Assembly: GCA_963813715.1 (NCBI GenBank) | Contig: CAWFAK010000013.1 | Location: forward strand, 32,001 to 96,000 | Direction: 5' to 3' | Origin: an uncultured Planctomycetaceae bacterium | GTDB lineage: Bacteria > Planctomycetota > Planctomycetia > Planctomycetales > Planctomycetaceae | Length of the DNA stretch: 64,000 nt | In this document: positions 48,666 to 58,509 of the stretch, piece by piece | How the letters are laid out: each line of letters begins with the position of its first letter | How positions within the stretch are numbered: the stretch's first letter is position 1 | Translations under genes and position numbers: made by a program | Notes under the pieces: model-generated | Databases searched by the model: none | Seen by the model: the letters and a program-made list of their open reading frames with translations, nothing else | Told to the model about the DNA's origin: nothing

Positions 48666-50475
48666 TCAGGCCTGCTCGGGGTCCTTGGGCCGCGGGACGT
48701 CCGCGATAACGGACATCGACGGACAGGTGGAATCGTCGCGAAGCGGGGTCGAATCGTCCAGCCTCCGCAGGCAGACGAGGCACATATCGTCGCGCTGCGG
48801 GCGGGTGCCGCAGAAGTGATCGACCTCGGTGACGATGGCCTTGGTCAATTCCTCGGCGGTGCCGGCCACGGAAGAAACGAATTGCTCGAGCCGCACTCGG
48901 CCGAACAGCTCGTTGGCCGCGTTCATCGCTTCGGTGATGCCGTCGGTGTAGACGACCAGGCTGGTTCCCGCCTCGAAAGGCAGCTTGAGTTCGCCGTAGG
49001 TGTACTCGGGATTAATCCCCAGCGGCATTCCCGATTCTTGGCGGCCTGTCGAGGCGGCCGTGCCGTCGGCCTTGCGGACGATGGGGGGCAGATGGCCGGC
49101 GTTGGCGATCGTGATTTCGTGCCGGACTGGATCGAGGATCAAGAGCACGAAGGTGACAAAGCGGTGCCCCATACTCTGCGAATAGATTTCGGCATTGAGG
49201 CCCGAGAGCACTTTGCCGGGCGTCGGCTGCGAGAACATGTGCAGCCGCACCGACGAATAGAGCCGGGCCATCAACAGCGCGGCGGGAATGCCTTTGCCGG
49301 CGACGTCGGCCAGGCCGATGGCGATCCGCCCGTCGTTGAGTGGGATGTAATCGAAATAATCGCCGCCGACGCGCTCGGCCGGCTCGTAATAATCGAAAAA
49401 CTCGTAACCCGGCGGGCGCGGGACGGACCTCGGGCAGGAAGCCGAGCTGCACCTGCGTGGCAAACCGGAGCTCGCGCTCGATGTCGGACCGGCGGAGCAA
49501 GTCTTCGTGCAGGCGGGCGTTTTCGATCGCCAGGATGGCCTGCGAGCCGACGCTGATCAGCACGTCCAGGTCGCTCTGGGTGAACTGGTGCCGCAGACTC
49601 TGAGTCTGTAACTGAATGGCGCCCAGGGATTCGCCCTTGGAGATCAGCGGGACGACGATCATCGAGCGGATGCTCAGACCGTCCAAGCTTTCGCTGGCGT
49701 CAAAGCGGCTATCCTCGAGCGCGTCGGCGCTGAGGATGGCCTCGCCGCTTTGCATGGCCGTCCGCAGAATGGTTTTGCTCATTCGGACGGAGCCGGTGGC
49801 GTCTCCGCCCCGGGCGAACGACGCCTTGACGATATTTTCCCGTTCTTCGTTGCCGGCCAACATCACGAAGCCACTGTCGGCCTGCGGGAAAACTTTAAAG
49901 CACCCGTCGAGCAGGCTCTGCAGCACGTCGTCCAGCTTGAGCGTGCGGGCGAGCGTGTTGCTCATTTCCAGGATCGCGCGGAGCTTGACCTCCGGCTTGA
50001 CCCCCAGGCGCATCGTGGGGACCGACTTGGCGTCCATCGTGGTGATGATCGACGACGACTCGGTCGCATCATCGTCGGACGAATCCCCCGGGGCGAGCTG
50101 CGGCATCGCCCGCGTGCGGCGCGGATCATCGCGCGGGATTTCGCCACTCGGACGGCCGGGCGTGCTTTCGTCCCGATCTTCTTTGCGGGCGTGGAAGAAT
50201 TGCAGGACGATGTCGCAGATCGTCACCTCGTCGGCGTCGTTCAGCGGCATCCGCGCGTCGATTGGCGTGCCGTTGAGAAACGTCCGGTTGCGGCTCCGCA
50301 GATCTTCCAGGAAAAAGCTGCCGCGGCGGTTGAGAATCTGCGCGTGCTGGCGGCTGACGGCCGCGTTATCGAGCACGATTTCGCAACTGGGATGCCGGCC
50401 CAGCACCATCCGCTCGCCGCGCAATTCCAGCACCTGCCCGGGGCGACTGCCTTTGATCACGTGCAGGAAAGCCAC
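48666..50475 (-). CDS. FHA-GAF-PP2C (SpoIIE/RsbU-like) phosphatase, apparent frameshift at ~49430
   Basis: LGRHP.C.IVL....VSRQHA..EDL.SRN.T (FHA); IRSMIVVPL (GAF); VGGDYFD, ADVAGKG, NAGH, YTDGITE, DD (PP2C). Confidence 0.92.
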
Positions 50476-50832
50476 GATCCACGGCCTCTCAGGTTGGCGG
50501 ATTCCGGCGCAAGAGCAGCGCTACTTCCCAGCGCGAGGGGCCCGGTCCTGATTGTATGGTCAGGTCAAAACGCGGGTCAACGAGCCGCGCGGGGCGATTC
50601 CGTCACCGATCGATGGCTGAATGACAGGCGCAGATTGCCATGCGGCACGATCAAACTGACGCGAAACTCATCTCGATGCCGCAATCGCCCCGAGTTTGGC
50701 CACCCTGGACAGCCCGTGCCCGCATTTCCAGAATAGGCCTGTTCCGCAATGATCCGGCGAATGACCCACGAGCGTTCGAGCAGGCGCGCCCGCGGCCGCA
50801 CCTGACCGACGACCGGGGCAAAGGAGCACGAC

Positions 50833-51105
50833 GTGAAGAAGGAAGAAGTGCTGGCCAAGGTCGCCTCGGGGGACCTGTCGATCGAAGAAGCGTCCAAGAT
50901 GCTTGCCGAGGAGGCGCCCAAGCGCGGCACCCTGTACTGCAAGGTGAGCCAGAAAGGGGCGATCAGCGTCTACGGCCTGCAGCGGATGCCCGTGACGCTC
51001 TACGTCGAGCAGTGGGAGCGGCTGCTCGGCTTCGCCGACGACATCCGCGGCTTCCTCAAAGACCACGATGCCGAGCTGAAGCGCAAAGAGAGCAAGGTGA
51101 CCTAA
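50833..51105 (+). CDS. small conserved hypothetical protein
   Basis: AAGGAG RBS before GTG; LYCKVSQKGAISVYGLQRMPVTLYVEQWERLL. Confidence 0.85.
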   Translation: MKKEEVLAKVASGDLSIEEASKMLAEEAPKRGTLYCKVSQKGAISVYGLQRMPVTLYVEQWERLLGFADDIRGFLKDHDAELKRKESKVT

Positions 51106-51299
51106 GACCCGGGAGCGCGAATGGGGAGTGCGATGCCCTCCCGGCTCGGATTTCGTGCTTTTCGGCAACCTAAGCGGGTCGCTGCTCGGCCCGTTGTTCG
51201 CGGTTGCCGGAGCCCATACGGGAACGACGCCAGAAACCAATCGCGTGGACCGAATCCGCGGGACGCCTCTAAAGGTGCGGGAGTTCGCGCGGGGGTCGC

Positions 51300-51875
51300 T
51301 TACGGAAACCAAGGCACGTTGCGGATGTGTTCGGCTCCCACGAGCTTGCAGATGGTCACCTCGCGGTCATCCCAGTTCACGCATCCCTTGTCGTAGCTCA
51401 AGTCGTTCCTCTTTAACGCCGCCTGCAATGTCGCGGCGGAGGGATCCGAAAACGCGCGAAGCAGGTCGGCCCAGTATTCCTCGTATTCCGCTGGAGTTGT
51501 GGCATCCCAGATTTCAGCGGCGTTCGTCTTGAAATATCGACTCTTTTGCTCCAGGAGGAACTCGACCCATTGCTCCCACAGCGCGAGTGTTTGCTCGTCC
51601 AGCAACTTCGCGAACGGCATTCGCAGGGAGCGAAGCCTCTGCCTGGCGACCGATGCTTCCGTGCACCAATTCGGTATCTGCGCGGAGACGCTCCCCGCAT
51701 CGTCGTCATCTTCGTCGAGCTCATAAACGTCGATCTGCCGCTCGGCAGGCACAAACAGGCTCGCCCAGAAAACGGGAATTTCGTGGGGTCCTTCAGCCAA
51801 GACTTCCGATTCCGGATCCTCGGACCAGGTAACGCTACGCTCCTCGACCGTCAACAAATAGGCGCGATTACCCAT
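51300..51875 (-). CDS. hypothetical protein
   Basis: MGNRAYL...EIPVFWASLF; acidic, lower-GC ORF in the same orientation downstream of pyrB. Confidence 0.7.
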   Translation of the reverse strand: MGNRAYLLTVEERSVTWSEDPESEVLAEGPHEIPVFWASLFVPAERQIDVYELDEDDDDAGSVSAQIPNWCTEASVARQRLRSLRMPFAKLLDEQTLALWEQWVEFLLEQKSRYFKTNAAEIWDATTPAEYEEYWADLLRAFSDPSAATLQAALKRNDLSYDKGCVNWDDREVTICKLVGAEHIRNVPWFP

Positions 51876-51961
51876 AGCATTTCCGGTAGATCATCAGCGC
51901 GTCGCGAGCAAGAAACTGCGCATATTCGGACTTAGGGATTCGGCCGCTTCGGCGACGGCCG

Positions 51962-53236
51962 TTACCCTCGAAAGTGGCTTCGCCAGGCGGATTTCGTGCT
52001 TTTCGGCGTCTCGCGCTCCAGCGCGCCGATGTTGTAATCGTGGTACTCGGCGAAGTCTTTTTGGAAGCGGCTGACGATCCGCTGATCGACGACGAAGAGG
52101 TAGGCGAGCAGGGCCGCCCGAATCCACATGCCGTTAAGCGCCTGGTGGAAGTACATGGCCCGCGGGTCGTTGTCGATATCGGTCGGAATCTCGCCGATGC
52201 GGCTGTCCCGCGGGAACGGGTGCAGGATCGGGGCGTAATCCTTCATACGGGCGACCAGCTCCCGCGTCAGGCAGTACTTCGACAGGTCGAAGTTGCGATA
52301 CGCCTCCGCGTCGTCGGGCGTGTCGTGCTCGCGCTGAATGCGGGTCATGTAGAGGCAGTCGACCGCTTCGATCGCCGGGACGCCGTCGATTCGGTCCTCG
52401 AACGATTCCAGCTCGTAAATCTTGATGTGCTTGCGCATCAGCCGGTCGCGCAGGTCGCTTCCCAACCGCATTTTCGAGTGCGGCGGCGAGATGAAGCACA
52501 TCGAGACGTCGTCGAAGAGTGAGAGCAGGCTGGCCAGCGACCGCACGGTCCGGCCGCGGCCGATGTCGCCGCAGAAGCCGTAGAGCTTGCCGTCGAGGCT
52601 TTTGGTCAGGTCGGGGTATTTGCGCCGCAGTTCGTCGTCGAAGCGGTTCCAGCGCGACGAATCCTTGGGGTGTTTGAACTGGAACGTCCGCTTGATGGTG
52701 TAGACGTCGAGCAGGGCTTGCGTCGGATGTTCGTCGGCCCCCGAGCCGGCGTTTACGATCGGCGCACTCCGGTGATCCATCAAATCCAGATCGTTCATCA
52801 GGTACGCGCAGGACTCAGCAAAGTTGGGCACCACGCTCCGCATGATTACGATGTCGAAGTAACTCGAGAACATGCGGATCGAGTCGAAGGGGGATTCGCC
52901 CTTGGCTTCCGAGGAGACGGACGCGTCGCGGACTTCGTTGCAGGCGATGCCCAACATCTGGGCGGCGGCCGAGAACGAGAGGAACGTGCGGGTCGACGGC
53001 TGCGTGAAGTAGAGCATGGCCCGGTAGTTGGTCAGCAGGCTGCCGAGGAACCGCTTTCCCTCGCGAGATTTGTCCAACTGGCGGATCATATCGGCGATCC
53101 GCGCGAGGTCGTCGATCAGGTCGCGGTCGAACTGGGCGGAAAAGATCACGTGCCGCAGTCGCTCGCTGCGCTTGAGCTCAGCCAGCTTCATGTTGAGCGG
53201 CTGATTGAGACGCGACTCGAAGTCGTAGTATTCCAT
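51962..53236 (-). CDS. pyrB: aspartate carbamoyltransferase catalytic subunit
   Basis: F.QPSTRT..SF, SS.AKGES..D, NAG.G..EHPTQALLD, GD...GRTV.SL, YMTRIQRE, LHPFPR. Confidence 0.9.
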   Translation of the reverse strand: MEYYDFESRLNQPLNMKLAELKRSERLRHVIFSAQFDRDLIDDLARIADMIRQLDKSREGKRFLGSLLTNYRAMLYFTQPSTRTFLSFSAAAQMLGIACNEVRDASVSSEAKGESPFDSIRMFSSYFDIVIMRSVVPNFAESCAYLMNDLDLMDHRSAPIVNAGSGADEHPTQALLDVYTIKRTFQFKHPKDSSRWNRFDDELRRKYPDLTKSLDGKLYGFCGDIGRGRTVRSLASLLSLFDDVSMCFISPPHSKMRLGSDLRDRLMRKHIKIYELESFEDRIDGVPAIEAVDCLYMTRIQREHDTPDDAEAYRNFDLSKYCLTRELVARMKDYAPILHPFPRDSRIGEIPTDIDNDPRAMYFHQALNGMWIRAALLAYLFVVDQRIVSRFQKDFAEYHDYNIGALERETPKSTKSAWRSHFRG

Positions 53237-53365
53237 GGCTTCCCCGCCTTCCCTGCCATGTGCGTGCCGCCGGACCTGCATGCCCGGCACCCGAACCCCC
53301 AGCACAACTATATCAGCGGCCGACCCCGCGACCAATCACCCGGCAAACCAAGCAGTCTGCCCGCG

Positions 53366-55783
53366 CTACTTAATCTTCCCCGCATAGGAAAGGTCCTGCA
53401 GCAGGGCGTAGCGGATGACGTTGAAGGCGATACGGACCGCGTCGGCATGGTCGTAACCGGCGCAGGCGACGGAGGCCTGCCGCTCGAGGGCGCAGCTCAG
53501 GTCATACTTGCTGTAGATCACGCAGTAGCGACCGTTGACCTCGATGCCTTCCAGGTAAGGTTCCCCCTCCTTGAAGGTCGAATCGAGCGGGTCGTTCGCG
53601 TTGCCGCTCTGCGGAATGCGACGTTTCACCCGTTGGATGGGGAAGCCGATTCCCGATGAGAAAAGCTCGTGCGTGATCGGAATCCGTTCGAGCTTTTTAT
53701 CGGGGAAGATCTGGTGGACCATTTCGCGAAAGCTCTTGTCGAACTGCGGCGAGCCACAGCAGCTGTCGGCGAAGAGCACGGCGCCATTCTGGAGATATTT
53801 GCGGAGGTTCTGGATTTCCTGCGGGCCCAGCTCGAACGTGGCCCGGCCGTGCATGTAGGCGAGCGGATAGCGGCGGAGCTGCGGATCGCTGGGCAGCAGA
53901 TTTTTTTGCTGAGTCGACGCCTTCACGCCGGACCGCTCATTGAGGGCCATCAGCACGTTGTAGAGGGCTCGCGGAGCCGCGTCCCAATCGCCGGTGTGCC
54001 GGAGCTTGGCGACTTGCAGCAATCCCCGTTGGATGTGGTCTTGCGGTCCGGCCGCCTCGACGTTTGGAGCGTCGAGCTTGTCGTAAGGCTCACGGCCCGT
54101 CGCGTAGGCCACCACGTTGGCGCCGACCTTCATCGCGTGCAGCACGAGCAGATTGAAGGCCGCGGTCCGATTGGGGACCGGCTGCAACGACCACTTGTCC
54201 CACAGGCACGAGTGATCGCGGGGCGCGTAGACGAACGACGTGCGACAGCCGAAGTCGACTCCCAGGAGCTCCGTCCCTTCGGGGTCGAGCGGAAACTCGG
54301 AGCGATAAATCGGATGCTCCGGCGGCAGCCGTTTGAGTTGTGCATCGCCCGGGTAAATCCGCGCGACCAGGTTCTTGATGCCCTCGTCGAAGCCGGCGCC
54401 GTTGCAGTTGTCGACGGCGAAGATAAAGCCCCCTTGCTCGATATAGGCCCGCAGCAGCTTCACCTGGGGCTCGGTGAACTTCGGCTCGTCCAGTCCGCTG
54501 AGATAGAGAATGGGCGCCTGCAACAAATCGCGGACGCTGCCGGTTGCCTCGACCTTGTCGAGATCGACCTGCTGATAGGTCAATAGCTTGGGCCACTTCG
54601 GCAAACCGCTGACGTAATCGGTGAGGTTGCGGGCGTCGTTCGGGTGCAGATTCCAGTTCGGCGGCTGCGCTGGTCCTCCGTAATTGAGCTTGTTGATCAG
54701 AACCGGGGCGAGCCCCTTCGACAGGAACAACAGGGCGAAACTCGACCCAATCAACGGGTCGGCTTCGACACCGGCCGACGTGCTCCAGCTGCCGTCGCGC
54801 CGCGACTGCCGCTCGATCAAGTAAGCGGCCCCTTCGCGATACCAGTCGTGATTGCCAAAGAACCGCTGGCCCGACAGCCGTCCCGCCCGCTCGATGCCGT
54901 AAAGGTAGTAGAGGACCCAACGGCCCCCTTGCTCGCCCGGGTTGACGCCCACGGCGAAGTAGCGCGACAGCCATTGCTGGGCCCGCCGCAGGGCCTCCGT
55001 GGTTCGGTCGTTGCGATCACAGCACTTGGGCGAGCCGTCGGCGTTGGTGTCGTCGCCGATCGAGCCGAGCATCTGCTCGCAGATCACGATGGAGCCGATG
55101 CCCGCGCACGTCATGCTGCCCGTGCTGTGCTGATTAATCTGATAGCCCCAGCCGCCGTCTTCGTTTTGCGTTTTCAGGAAATGTTCGAGCGTGCGTTCCC
55201 AGGTCTTGCGGCCGATTTTGATCCCTGCAATGGCTGCTTCCCGGAGACCGAGGATGGCGAATTGCGTGTTGCTGTTGTCCTCCGAGGCGACGTGAAGGCC
55301 ATAGTTCCACATGCCGGAGGTCGGCCCCCCGTCTTTGACTTGAAAGTCCTCGAGCTGCGACGCGATTCCCGTCATGCGAATGCGGTCGGTATCCCACTGA
55401 TGGGCGGCGGAGAAGGTCATCAGCATCAGCGACTGCTGATAAGTCGCATACGCGTACTGCGGATCGGGAACGTGTCGCAAAAATCGCAAGCCGCGGACGA
55501 CAGACGGGTCGTCGGCCGGCACGCCCGAGGTCAAGAGGGCCAGCATCGACGAGGCGCGGTGGCGCCGGACGCGTGGCCGCCCGCCGGGCCCGCCGCCAAA
55601 CCCGTAGGAGCCCTCCGGGTTCTGCACGCGCATCAAGAATTGCTGCGCGGCACGGATTGATTCCTTCACGCGGGCCGCCGACAAATCCTGATCGGCCCGC
55701 GCCGACCGCAGCGGGGCGGTCGCCTGCCCGACGATCGCGGCGATCAGCAAGGCGTTCCAAAAACCGCCACATCGCCAGCGCAT
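53366..55783 (-). CDS. secreted protein: prenyltransferase/squalene-oxidase (QW) repeats plus two DUF4159 domains
   Basis: QNPEGS, DNSNTQFAILGLREA, QNEDGGWGY, YYLYGIERAGRL, DWYREGA; two LR.Y...GG(A)..FAD/VD..C..F domains. Confidence 0.85.
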   Translation of the reverse strand: MRWRCGGFWNALLIAAIVGQATAPLRSARADQDLSAARVKESIRAAQQFLMRVQNPEGSYGFGGGPGGRPRVRRHRASSMLALLTSGVPADDPSVVRGLRFLRHVPDPQYAYATYQQSLMLMTFSAAHQWDTDRIRMTGIASQLEDFQVKDGGPTSGMWNYGLHVASEDNSNTQFAILGLREAAIAGIKIGRKTWERTLEHFLKTQNEDGGWGYQINQHSTGSMTCAGIGSIVICEQMLGSIGDDTNADGSPKCCDRNDRTTEALRRAQQWLSRYFAVGVNPGEQGGRWVLYYLYGIERAGRLSGQRFFGNHDWYREGAAYLIERQSRRDGSWSTSAGVEADPLIGSSFALLFLSKGLAPVLINKLNYGGPAQPPNWNLHPNDARNLTDYVSGLPKWPKLLTYQQVDLDKVEATGSVRDLLQAPILYLSGLDEPKFTEPQVKLLRAYIEQGGFIFAVDNCNGAGFDEGIKNLVARIYPGDAQLKRLPPEHPIYRSEFPLDPEGTELLGVDFGCRTSFVYAPRDHSCLWDKWSLQPVPNRTAAFNLLVLHAMKVGANVVAYATGREPYDKLDAPNVEAAGPQDHIQRGLLQVAKLRHTGDWDAAPRALYNVLMALNERSGVKASTQQKNLLPSDPQLRRYPLAYMHGRATFELGPQEIQNLRKYLQNGAVLFADSCCGSPQFDKSFREMVHQIFPDKKLERIPITHELFSSGIGFPIQRVKRRIPQSGNANDPLDSTFKEGEPYLEGIEVNGRYCVIYSKYDLSCALERQASVACAGYDHADAVRIAFNVIRYALLQDLSYAGKIK

Positions 55784-55990
55784 GAAAAATCGATTCCACA
55801 CCGCGCCCGGCCCGCGGCAAGCGACTCGACCGCATCGATTTGCCGTCCGTACAGCGAACGTCCCGCACTCGCGTGTCCCGAGTGCGCGCGACAGCCGATT
55901 GCATTGTACGAGCCGGGCGGGCGGCCGGCAGCCTTCTCCGAGTAATCGCAGCGCAGGCGGACTGAGCGAAACGATTGCGGCACTCGACGA

Positions 55991-56776
55991 TCAGTGCTTG
56001 CCGAGCTTTTCCTCGAACAGGCGTTGCATGCGGGTCCAGGAGCGTTCGTCGGCCAGCTTGTTGTACGACATACCCGGATTGCCGTGCGTGTCGGCGTCGG
56101 GAACGGTGAAGCTGTGGCGCGACTTGGCGTAGATGTCGAACTCGTAATCGGTCCCCGCTTCATCCAGGGCCTTGCGGAACTTGTGGATGGATTCGTCGGG
56201 AATGAACGAGTCGAGCGCCCCGGTGCAGATCACGATCGTCGGCTTGATCGCCTTGGCCTGTTCGGGAGTTGGCGTGGGCAGCGCCGCGTGGAACGTGATC
56301 ACGGCGTCGAGATCGGCTCCGGAATAAGCCAGCTCGAGCACGGTCGAGCCGCCGAAGCAATAGCCCATTGCCGCCAGGTGGGTCGCATCGCATTCGGGCT
56401 GTTGCTTGAGAATATCGAGGGCCGCGTTGGCTCGCTTCTGCCACTCGTCAATGTTCTGCCGCACGTGCGTGGCCATTTCCATCGCTTCGTTGGGGTGCTT
56501 GGTGAATTTGCCGTCGCCGTACATATCGCAGGCGAACGCAATGTAGCCGAGCTTCGCGAGCTGGTCGGCCCGGCCCCGCGCGTAGTCGTTGAGCCCCCAC
56601 CACTCGTGACAAACCAGCACGCCGGGACGTTTGCCCGAGATGGCGTCGTCCCAGGCCAGATGCCCGATGAACGTCTGGTCGCCGACTTTATAGGTGATCT
56701 TCTTCGTCTGCACGGCCGCTTCTCCCGAAACAATCAGGCTGCCGAACGCGATGAAAGCCAGCACGCAACGCAACAT
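55991..56776 (-). CDS. secreted dienelactone hydrolase family protein
   Basis: PGVLV.HEWWGLN, GYCFGG, HSFT, ERSW. Confidence 0.93.
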   Translation of the reverse strand: MLRCVLAFIAFGSLIVSGEAAVQTKKITYKVGDQTFIGHLAWDDAISGKRPGVLVCHEWWGLNDYARGRADQLAKLGYIAFACDMYGDGKFTKHPNEAMEMATHVRQNIDEWQKRANAALDILKQQPECDATHLAAMGYCFGGSTVLELAYSGADLDAVITFHAALPTPTPEQAKAIKPTIVICTGALDSFIPDESIHKFRKALDEAGTDYEFDIYAKSRHSFTVPDADTHGNPGMSYNKLADERSWTRMQRLFEEKLGKH

Positions 56777-56952
56777 GGTTCACTCCGCAGTCGTAAGGCC
56801 AATGAGGCGACCACGAGCGTCGTCCGCAGACGCCCACGGGCTTGCTCGCGGCGGCTGGGCGAATGATACGGCAATTGACACGGACGGGCGAGCAGCCGGC
56901 CGACGCAGCCGGAGCCACGCGACGTGACACAAAACTTTGAAGAAAAACCGGC

Positions 56953-56992
56953 TTGACAGCTCGTTGTATCACTGTACTATCAGACTAGTACA
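56953..56992 (+). promoter_or_regulatory. sigma70 promoter with a YtrA-type operator
   Basis: TTGACA-16-TACTAT; perfect TGTACTA-N6-TAGTACA (56973-56992) covering the -10 element. Confidence 0.82.
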
Positions 56993-57068
56993 CGGCGATG
57001 GGAACGACCACGCCAGCCACAAAGTCCTCGACGCGTCGCCGTGGACTGCGGTCGCAACGGACGAAATC

Positions 57069-57464
57069 ATGTTTGTGCATGTCGACCCCTCCAACGGCAT
57101 CGCGATTTACGATCAGATCGTGCGGCAGGTGAAATTCGCCGTCGCCAGCGATGCCCTCAAGCCGGGAAATCTCGTGCCGTCGGTCCGCGAGCTGGCCCGC
57201 GACCTGACCGTCAATCCGAACACGGTCGCCCGCGCCTATCGCGAGTTGCAGGCGGCCAACGTGCTGCAGGCGCTCCGCGGCACCGGGCTCGAGATTACGG
57301 CCGTCGCTCCCAAGAAGTGCCAGGCGGATCGGGCCGCGCTCATTCGCAACCGTTTGCGGAGCGTGCTGGCGGAGGCTCGACAAAGTGGTTTGCCGGCCGA
57401 CGAGATCCGCAGCCTCGCCGACGAGGAGCTGGGCCGGCTCGAAACCCAGAGGGACCAGTCATGA
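57069..57464 (+). CDS. GntR-family regulator, YtrA subfamily
   Basis: IYDQIVRQVK.A.....LKPG..VPSVRELA..L.VNPNTVARAYREL. Confidence 0.93.
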   Translation: MFVHVDPSNGIAIYDQIVRQVKFAVASDALKPGNLVPSVRELARDLTVNPNTVARAYRELQAANVLQALRGTGLEITAVAPKKCQADRAALIRNRLRSVLAEARQSGLPADEIRSLADEELGRLETQRDQS

Positions 57465-58381
57465 CCGAGGCATTTTCGCTCCGCAACGTCACCAAGCAGT
57501 ACAAGTCGCAGCTGGCCCTCGACGACGTGACTTGCTCCTGCGAGTCGGGCGTGGTCTTCGCCCTGTTGGGGGAAAACGGCGCGGGCAAGACGACGGCGAT
57601 CAAGATCCTGCTGGGACTGCTCGATCCGAGCGCGGGCGAGGCCTCGGTGTTGGGGCTCGACAGCCGCAAGCACAGCCTGGAGATCCGCCGCCGCGTCGGC
57701 TATGTGCCCGATCAGCCGGCCCTCTACGACTGGATGACGGTCGACGAAGTCGGCTGGTTCGTCGGCGGTTTTTATCCGCCCGGCTATCAGCGTCACTACA
57801 ACGAGCTGGTCGAGCACTTCGAGCTGCCGCCGGGTCGCCGCATCAAGGAGCTTTCGAAGGGGATGCGGGCCAAGGTCTCGCTCTCGGTGGCAATGGCGCA
57901 TCGACCCGAGCTTTTGATTCTCGACGAGCCGACGTCGGGTCTCGATCCGATGGTCCGGCGCGAATTTCTGGAGAGCATGGTCGACGTCGCCGCCCAGGGC
58001 CGCACGGTGATCCTGGCCAGTCACCAGATCGCCGAGGTTGAGCGGGTGGCCGACTACGTCGCGATCTTGCGGCAGGGGAAATTGGTGCTGCTCGAGCAGC
58101 TCGACGCGCTCAAAGACCGCGTGTGCGAACTCACCGTCACGCTCCGCAACGGCGTCCCCGATCTGCCGAATGTGCCGGGCACCGTGCTGCATCGCGAACT
58201 CAAAGGGCGGCAGTGGCGGCTGCTCGTGCGGAACATGGACGAATCGCAGTTCGACGGCTTCCGCATCGCCGAAAACATTCGCAGCGTCGAGGTGCGTCGC
58301 CCGTCGCTCGAAGAGATCTTCGTCGGCTACATGAAAGGCGAGCCGGTGCCCGAAGCGCCGAGCGAAGTGCCGGCCCTGTAA
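57461..58381 (+). CDS. ABC transporter ATP-binding protein (YtrB-like)
   Basis: GENGAGKTT, LSKGM, LLILDEPTSGLDP, ASH; ATGA overlap with the GntR gene. Confidence 0.95.
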   Translation: MTEAFSLRNVTKQYKSQLALDDVTCSCESGVVFALLGENGAGKTTAIKILLGLLDPSAGEASVLGLDSRKHSLEIRRRVGYVPDQPALYDWMTVDEVGWFVGGFYPPGYQRHYNELVEHFELPPGRRIKELSKGMRAKVSLSVAMAHRPELLILDEPTSGLDPMVRREFLESMVDVAAQGRTVILASHQIAEVERVADYVAILRQGKLVLLEQLDALKDRVCELTVTLRNGVPDLPNVPGTVLHRELKGRQWRLLVRNMDESQFDGFRIAENIRSVEVRRPSLEEIFVGYMKGEPVPEAPSEVPAL

Positions 58382-58509
58382 GCCCGCGCCAGTCACGCGG
58401 CGAGGATAACGACGGAATGTTCAAGGTTGAGCCGCTGAAAATTTAAGACGGTGATTGAAGCGCGGATCGAACCGGGCCAAGTCGGAAACAGCGAGAGCCA
58501 GAGGGTCGT

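Noticed and set aside
51163..51209. Hairpin CGGCAACC...GGTTGCCG as an ncRNA
   Set aside because: Lies between convergent genes and fits a terminator-like stem; no recognisable ncRNA motif.
53366..55783. Squalene-hopene cyclase or terpene gene cluster
   Set aside because: QW-like repeats only; no DXDD cyclase motif, the protein has a signal peptide, and no isoprenoid genes are adjacent.
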